DNA of 64,000 nt, taken from assembly GCA_003453215.1 (NCBI GenBank), contig DMMB01000069.1:22810-86809 (forward strand), given 5' to 3'. This document shows positions 59,001 to 64,000 of this stretch, piece by piece (position 1 is the first letter of the stretch; each line of letters starts with the position of its first letter). This stretch comes from Oscillospiraceae bacterium (lineage in GTDB: Bacteria > Bacillota > Clostridia > Oscillospirales > Ruminococcaceae). A program made the translations under genes and the position numbers. The notes under the pieces were generated by a model. The model had not been told where the DNA came from. It worked only from the letters and a program-made list of their open reading frames with translations, and did no database searches.

Positions 59001-59324
59001 GGATTTGAGCACCGAAACAAAGCGGTTCAGCTTGCCCTCATCGATAGGAGGGGGAATGACGGTGAAAACCACCCCGGCAATCATGCAGCCCCACACGGCA
59101 TACACCGTACCGGCATCCTGCATGGAAAGGATAATGGCCCGGTCGCCGGGCTTGGCCCCTTTCTGGCGCAGTTCAGCCGCCATATCCATGGCGTGGCGCC
59201 ACGCTTCGCCAATGGTCACCCTATTGTGCCGGTATGGTTCCGTACCGCAATCCAAAAAGTCGTACAGCGGACGTTCCGGTGTGCTGGCTGCGTCTCGCAT
59301 GTATTTTTCCAAAATACCGTCCAT
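56076..59324 (-). CDS. Fatty acyl-AMP ligase - ACP - thioester reductase (CAR-like NRPS-type enzyme)
   Basis: YLQYTSGST..PKGV, SWVPFYHNIGLI, GYGLSE, YRTGD; ACP FLELGGDSL; reductase FLTGSTGFLG and YSETK. Start ATG 59324 after GGAGG. Confidence 0.9.
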   Translation of the reverse strand: MDGILEKYMRDAASTPERPLYDFLDCGTEPYRHNRVTIGEAWRHAMDMAAELRQKGAKPGDRAIILSMQDAGTVYAVWGCMIAGVVFTVIPPPIDEGKLNRFVSVLKSSKPRFLISNAGMEREAETNVTGPLLKKAFLNVVTLKRVYTDQVKPAPTGEVTPHKAEDLLYLQYTSGSTSAPKGVMVTYGNLMGCIGQCLEIFDFQHTSNNLASWVPFYHNIGLIVAIFLPVIADTGVSYFIPTLQFLARPTVWLRVLSDYKVNITAAPNSAYEVCTRLITPEEAKKYDLSHVTHLINGSEFVNAATVEKFCALFGITPDCFAPGYGLSECVCVGTLASRDYRCQHIDLEAYREGRFLPAPEGEKAIVSVGRPAGDMVLVAIRPDGTPCEPGEIGEICIQGSSVCAGYWQNPEETKRFQTVIPGYGGQFYRTGDMGVVYEGLLYLTGRIKEMIIISGKNIFPGDITLLLRQEGVPLPADAMAVFSVQAVEGECPVLCAECAPGADFAAVAAEVNRLTARNFDFSFRDIVFVPSGTLPCTDNRKIKTLATRAMYEAGELPVLYSSRRQGTAAASAKKSEPAPRQKVTLPPDATPEQIQPIITGIFREVLPGVTFGPEDSFLELGGDSLRMMELVCDLEHDLGVNIDIRCIAAEPTVSGISNYLSALLAGREKEFQPDLRAECVLPEEIAPQGEYTNRPEDCRTVFLTGSTGFLGAYLIRALIEQRGEKGIQIYCHARAATPEKALGRVIDNMKRFQCWQDRYLAYLHAVPGDLTQPHLGMSEADWNQMSKEVDAIYHNGAVLNFVFPYRQMKPDNVLGTTECLRLACEGKPKYFHYVSSYSVYDNPSHFDRTVMEDDPLESPDGYFLGYSETKWVAEKLVGLARQRGLRAAVYRPGDITGTLSTGIWKLEDLISRSLVGCVQLGAAPDVEVNLHLTPVDYVADALVYISFQSLCCGHAFNLLNHRLMPLQQMTALIKKAGYPLERLPYGEWCERLTATTSEENVLRILSCLFTDQRSAGEDMIARFGAHQAQFSTANTDRLLAGSGITCPPVNAALLQSYLRYYIKNGYLPAPQPWWKRLFSRSK

Positions 59325-59354
59325 AACGGCTCCCTCCAAGTATCTGTCTTTTAT

Positions 59355-59376
59355 TAATTGGTTAATCAACCAATTA
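59355..59376. promoter_or_regulatory. Palindromic operator upstream of FAAL-ACP-R
   Basis: TAATTGGTT-N4-AACCAATTA perfect inverted repeat. Confidence 0.65.
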
Positions 59377-59558
59377 TCTACGGATAGTAAATCACTTTTC
59401 GGATAAGATGTCAACTGATTTCGTTTATTTTTGTTAATATGCTGCAAATTTCCCGCGAATTTTTGTCACGGTCTTTGGGGGCATTCCCCTATGGCAGCCA
59501 ATATGGCAGCAAAAAAGAGGGCCTTTTCGGCCCCCTTTTTCGGGTGTCTTTTCGTTCT

Positions 59559-61754
59559 TTACTCTTTGGGGCGGCAGCACCGGGCCATGACGGCTACCGC
59601 TTTTTTCATTTCCAGCGGTTTGGCCAGGTGGGCCGTCATGCCGGCCTCCAAGCACTTTTGCGCATCCTCCGCAAAGGCATTGGCCGTCATGGCGATGATA
59701 GGAATTGTTTTGGCATCGGGGCGCGGCAGCGCGCGGATTTCTCTCGTCGCTGTCAGGCCATCCATCACCGGCATCATAACATCCATCAAAATAGCATCAA
59801 AGGTCCCCGGCGGATTGTTTTGGAATTCCTCTACCGCCTGGCGGCCATCGGCCACAATCGTAACGATGGCGCCCTCATCCTCCAGCAGCATTTGTGCTAT
59901 CTCCGCATTCAGTTCGTTATCCTCTGCCAGCAGCAGCCGCAGTCCATGGATTGTTGCCTCATTCCCTTCTTTGGGCTGCAGGACCGGCCCGGTGTTTTCC
60001 ATTACCTCAAAAGGCAGCGTAATAACAAAGGTGGAACCAACGCCTTCTTCACTGCTGATTTCGATGGTGCCGTTCATCTGCTCCACCAGACCCTTTACAA
60101 TGGCCATCCCCAGCCCGGTTCCATGGTAGACGCTGGGTGCATCGGTGCGCTCCTGAGAAAAAGGATCGAAGATGCGCTCCAAAAATTCCTGGCTCATGCC
60201 AATGCTGGTATCGGTAATAATCCAGCGGTAGGTTACGGTGTTCTCTGCCATCCCCAGGCACACAACCTTCGAGCAAACCTTTCCTCCCACCTTATTATAC
60301 TTGATGCAGTTGGTGTAGATGTTCAGGAAAATCTGCCGCAGATGCAGCGGACTGCCATAAACCCAAGGAACTGCCACCGGATCGGAGGTGGTATCGTACT
60401 CCATGGTAATGCCGGATTCCGCTGCCTTTTGGCCGATGATCGTTAAAATATCCCGCGAAAGCTGGTTCAGGTTGATCGGTTCATGAGCCAGAGTAATTTC
60501 GCCGCTTTCCAGCTTACTCATCTGCAAAATATCATTGATGAGCGAAACCAGATGATCGGCCGCCACCCGCATTTTATCCCGGTTGGCATTCACCAGCTCC
60601 GTATCCTCCGGGTGCGCCGCATCAATTTCTAATAGCCCTATAATGCCATTCAGCGGCGTGCGGATATCGTAGCTCATGCGGGAAAGGAAGCTGGTTTTGG
60701 CCGCATTGGCCCGGTCAGCCTGATCCACTGCCACGCTGAGCTGTTCATTGGTTACCTGCAACTGATGGGCATACGCCTGCTGGGCCTCTATTTCCTTTTC
60801 GCGGTAGCTCTGGGCCGTTTTCCAGCGGGCAGTACTGATTGCCGCAACCACCCCGATATAGAGAATGACGGCATACAGCAGCAGCCGCGGGGTATTGGCA
60901 AAAACATTCCGCTCCGGCAGGTAGCTGTAAACATAAAAATCGCGTCCCCGCTTCATCAGGCCAAAATACTGCGAGATGGATTCGCCCTCCTGGCTGGCGT
61001 GGATCATTTTATTGCCGGTGCCGGAAGCCTTGATCTTCCGCAGAATGGGCAGCGTATTGGTGTTCTTCCCCACCAGGCTTTCCTCGTTGCTGGCTACGAT
61101 GGTCTCTCCGCTGCTTACCACGATGATCCCGTTCTTTTCCATGCTGTAGCCGAAAAGCAGGGAGGATACCGAAAGATTGAAGGAATGGATGTATTCCACC
61201 GGGGTTTGGTAATAGGTCACTACAATTCCCTCGGCATCCTGCCGGCCGGTGGCTGCCAAATCAATCTCGCCGCCATCGGCGCAATACAGCCGGACCACGT
61301 ATCTCTTTTCCGGGTAATTTATGGTATCCAGCAGCGCCGGGGAATCCAAAGCCTCCAGCACCAGAGCCGGTGTCTCCTCCGCATGGTATTGCGAAAGGAT
61401 ATTCCCCTGCCGATCCAGCAGTAAAATGCCGGAAACATAGCTGCTTTTGGCATAGCCCTCCAAGGCTTCTGCGGTCTGGAACCCGTTATTCTCCACCAGA
61501 TCGTGGGCTACCTGCTTTCCGCTTTCCACAATGCGCATCAGGCTTTTTGTTTCCGAGGCCAGCTCGATGCGGGCATAGCGATTGCACTGTTCCTTGATGT
61601 AATCCGCCGTTGTTTCCAACATCCGCTGGGCGGCCGCCATATCCGAACGCACCGCCAAAAAGAATACCGCCGCCAAAAGGACAAGCCCCAGCAGCAGACG
61701 CACCAGAACCCGGCGCCTGGTAAAAAGCTTTGCCGAATCCCTATCCTGCGTCAT
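59559..61754 (-). CDS. Hybrid sensor histidine kinase/receiver with degenerate H-box
   Basis: Two TM helices, FLSRMSYDIRTP (H to Y), N box, GTGLG, receiver LLAEDN..ILMDVMMP..AKP. Confidence 0.88.
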   Translation of the reverse strand: MTQDRDSAKLFTRRRVLVRLLLGLVLLAAVFFLAVRSDMAAAQRMLETTADYIKEQCNRYARIELASETKSLMRIVESGKQVAHDLVENNGFQTAEALEGYAKSSYVSGILLLDRQGNILSQYHAEETPALVLEALDSPALLDTINYPEKRYVVRLYCADGGEIDLAATGRQDAEGIVVTYYQTPVEYIHSFNLSVSSLLFGYSMEKNGIIVVSSGETIVASNEESLVGKNTNTLPILRKIKASGTGNKMIHASQEGESISQYFGLMKRGRDFYVYSYLPERNVFANTPRLLLYAVILYIGVVAAISTARWKTAQSYREKEIEAQQAYAHQLQVTNEQLSVAVDQADRANAAKTSFLSRMSYDIRTPLNGIIGLLEIDAAHPEDTELVNANRDKMRVAADHLVSLINDILQMSKLESGEITLAHEPINLNQLSRDILTIIGQKAAESGITMEYDTTSDPVAVPWVYGSPLHLRQIFLNIYTNCIKYNKVGGKVCSKVVCLGMAENTVTYRWIITDTSIGMSQEFLERIFDPFSQERTDAPSVYHGTGLGMAIVKGLVEQMNGTIEISSEEGVGSTFVITLPFEVMENTGPVLQPKEGNEATIHGLRLLLAEDNELNAEIAQMLLEDEGAIVTIVADGRQAVEEFQNNPPGTFDAILMDVMMPVMDGLTATREIRALPRPDAKTIPIIAMTANAFAEDAQKCLEAGMTAHLAKPLEMKKAVAVMARCCRPKE

Positions 61755-62652
61755 GGCTTACCTCCATAAATTTTTGCGGATCTTCCAGGTATTTCCCCAG
61801 AATTTGTTCCAGTGTTCCGTCGTCCCGCATTTCCTCAAAGGTGCGGGATAGTTCTTCCGCCAGTCCGCGGTCATCGCTGCGTGAAAAAGCCACACCCAGC
61901 CCCACCGTCAGCAGCGGTTCTTCCAGAATGCGATATTCCAGTCCATAATCGCTCATGCACTGCAGGATAGCGGTTTCGTGGGCGGCGATGGCGTCGGCAT
62001 AGCCTTTGCTCAGGTAGGGGTACACCAGCTCCCGGTTCTGCAGCGAAAATACTTCCTCCACCTTGGGAATTCTGGCATCCGTTTGGGCCAGAAAAAGTTC
62101 CTCCGGCTTTGTAGTGGATTGCACCGCCACCCGTTTTCCGGCCAAATCCGCCAGCTCGTAAATATCGCTATCCGGCCGGACGGCCACCACCTGGCGGCTG
62201 TACATATAGGGTTCGCTCCAGTGGTACTGGTCCTCCCGGCCATCAATGGAAAAGCTGCCCCAAATGCAGTCAATCTCACCGCTTTCCACCAGTTCTTTCT
62301 TGGCTTCCCAATCGATGGTTGTAAAAACGGCCTGGTACCCCATGCGGCGGAACGCTTCCTTGGCCAGATCCACATCAATCCCGGTTGGCTGGCCATTGAC
62401 GTCCTCGTAGTTATAGGGCGGATAATTGTCGCTGCCCACCATAATCGTCGGCAGTTCTTCGGCTGGTGCGGGGCTTTCCCCCGCCTCGCTGCCGCAGCCG
62501 GGTAAGGCCCCCAGCAGGAGCCCCGCCGCGCACAGCCATGCCGCTGCTCTTTTTCTCCGCCATATCCCTTCTCTTTGGCACTGTTTGTCTCTCCCCTTTA
62601 CAAAAAATAAGGTTTTTTCTCTTTTATTGGCTACTTTTATCATGAAAAGCAA
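61741..62652 (-). CDS. Amino-acid-type substrate-binding lipoprotein (SBP family 3); 5' end uncertain or frameshifted
   Basis: LPGC lipobox, VGSDNYPPYNY, GIDVDLA, IDCIWG; overlaps the kinase start. Confidence 0.85.
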   Translation of the reverse strand: MLFMIKVANKREKTLFFVKGRDKQCQREGIWRRKRAAAWLCAAGLLLGALPGCGSEAGESPAPAEELPTIMVGSDNYPPYNYEDVNGQPTGIDVDLAKEAFRRMGYQAVFTTIDWEAKKELVESGEIDCIWGSFSIDGREDQYHWSEPYMYSRQVVAVRPDSDIYELADLAGKRVAVQSTTKPEELFLAQTDARIPKVEEVFSLQNRELVYPYLSKGYADAIAAHETAILQCMSDYGLEYRILEEPLLTVGLGVAFSRSDDRGLAEELSRTFEEMRDDGTLEQILGKYLEDPQKFMEVSHDAG

Positions 62653-62736
62653 TCAATCGGATGAATTAGCCTAATTTTATCAAAAACAGGTAATTCGTTC
62701 AATAGCCTTGCTTATTTTTTGCCGCATTTTGGCACA

Positions 62737-62768
62737 AAAAAAACTCTCCGGCCCAAAACCGGAGAGTT
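62737..62768 (-). terminator. Terminator of MFS gene
   Basis: AACTCTCCGG/CCGGAGAGTT stem with A-tract on the + strand. Confidence 0.75.
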
Positions 62769-62783
62769 CGATGGAAATTAAAA

Positions 62784-64000
62784 TCACTCGATGCGGCGTT
62801 CTTTCAGCGAAGCCTCCTGAATCATCATGGTCAGGATCAGCGAAATGACTGTGCCGACAAAGAAGAAGATCATGGTGCCCATGTGGTTGCCCTTAAAGAT
62901 GCCATTCACCGCCAAAAGGCAGATCAGACCCCAGCCATTGGCCCCCAGCTGCATCAGGCTTTCGGTCACGCCCTCCGAAACCGGATAAGCGCACTCGTAG
63001 CCCAGCACCATCACAATGGGGGTCACACCGGTGAGGAAAATTCCCAGGCAGCAGGCCATCAGGATTTGCAGTCCCACGCTGTGGCCAACAACAATCAGCG
63101 CCAGGCCCACCAGCGCACCCACTTCGCAAATCAGCACAATGGGTTTTCTCTTTTTGCTCTTAGAGCGATCGGAAACAGCGGGCAGCACCAGGGTAGCAAT
63201 CACCGCCGTTACGGTCAGGATGGTTCCCAGCGTGCCAATAAACATACTATCCAGACTGCCGTTATCAAAGTACTGCAAAATCGGTTCCATCAGGGTCGTA
63301 AGGGTAAAATAAACGCCCTGCAGCAGCCAGAATACCAACAGCGCATAGATGAACTTTTTATTCTTCATCAGCTGCTTCATACCCTCTGCAAAGCTGACCC
63401 GTTCAATCAGCTCCTCATCCGCGGGGGGCGTTGGCGGTTTTTCCCGGGCAAAAATAACAAACCAGAGAATCATGGGGATGGAAAGGAAACCAAATACCTT
63501 CAGTGCCCCGGGGATATCCAGCCCAAAGGTGGACATCAGCCACGGAACGCCAAACTGCGCCATCACGACACCCAAGTAGGTAGAAATCATGCCCCAGCCA
63601 TTGGCGATGCCGCGCTCGGAGGGTGGGAACCACAGGGCACTGATCATGCCAAAGGCATTGATAATGAATGGCTGCGTAACGGCGATGCCGATGGTTGTGA
63701 TAATCAGCGCCGTGTAGGAGCTGCCGCCGATGAAACCGCACAGCAGCGTAAAGCCCATCAGCACAATACCGGCAATGGAAACGGTTTTATACCAGCCAAT
63801 TTTTTCGAACACCCAGCTGGCGGAACGGAAAAAAGGATCATGCATACCATAATAATCATGGAAAGTGCACTGATCGCCGCTTCCCCGCTGGCCGCATCCT
63901 GGAACCCGTAAAAGTGCCAGGCATCGGTAACAATGGAGCTGAAAAACGCCCAGCCATACTGCATAACCGCATTCACGCACACAAAGGACAGCAGAACGAC
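62784..64000 (-). pseudogene. MFS transporter with 1-bp frameshift, 5' end outside window
   Basis: One frame reads VVLLSFVCVNAVMQ...MILFSVP; it continues in another frame as ASWVFEKIGW...WFPPSERGIANG...SDR. Junction GTTCCGCC at ~63820-27. Confidence 0.78.

Overview
64 kb of GC-rich chromosome from a Clostridia-like (probably Oscillospiraceae/Ruminococcaceae-type; inferred from gene content) anaerobe. It is likely origin-proximal: there is a perfect parS at 54496-54511, plus ychF and gltX. No rRNA, tRNA, CRISPR array, transposase or integrase was seen. Main modules: (1) two parallel ECF sigma / anti-sigma / lipoprotein / MBOAT(-DHHW) envelope O-acylation loci, the second with a 2-bp frameshift and an ATA-start sigma; (2) two FecBCD-type metal-chelate ABC importers, the second bracketed by a duplicated ychF promoter segment; (3) a rex-kinase-ferredoxin-PAS [FeFe]-hydrogenase-phosphatase-[FeFe]-hydrogenase H2-sensing operon; (4) an esterase-acyltransferase fusion; (5) a CydDC-like ABC pair under three GTTAG-N6-CTAAC boxes; (6) a LacI-controlled nucleobase locus whose dihydropyrimidine-dehydrogenase-like enzyme has a rewired active site; (7) TetR-MMPL plus a giant GLUG/coiled-coil surface protein; (8) a lipoprotein class B sortase; (9) a stand-alone FAAL-ACP-reductase; (10) a hybrid histidine kinase whose phosphoacceptor His is Tyr. 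All calls come from manual motif reading; no database searches were run.
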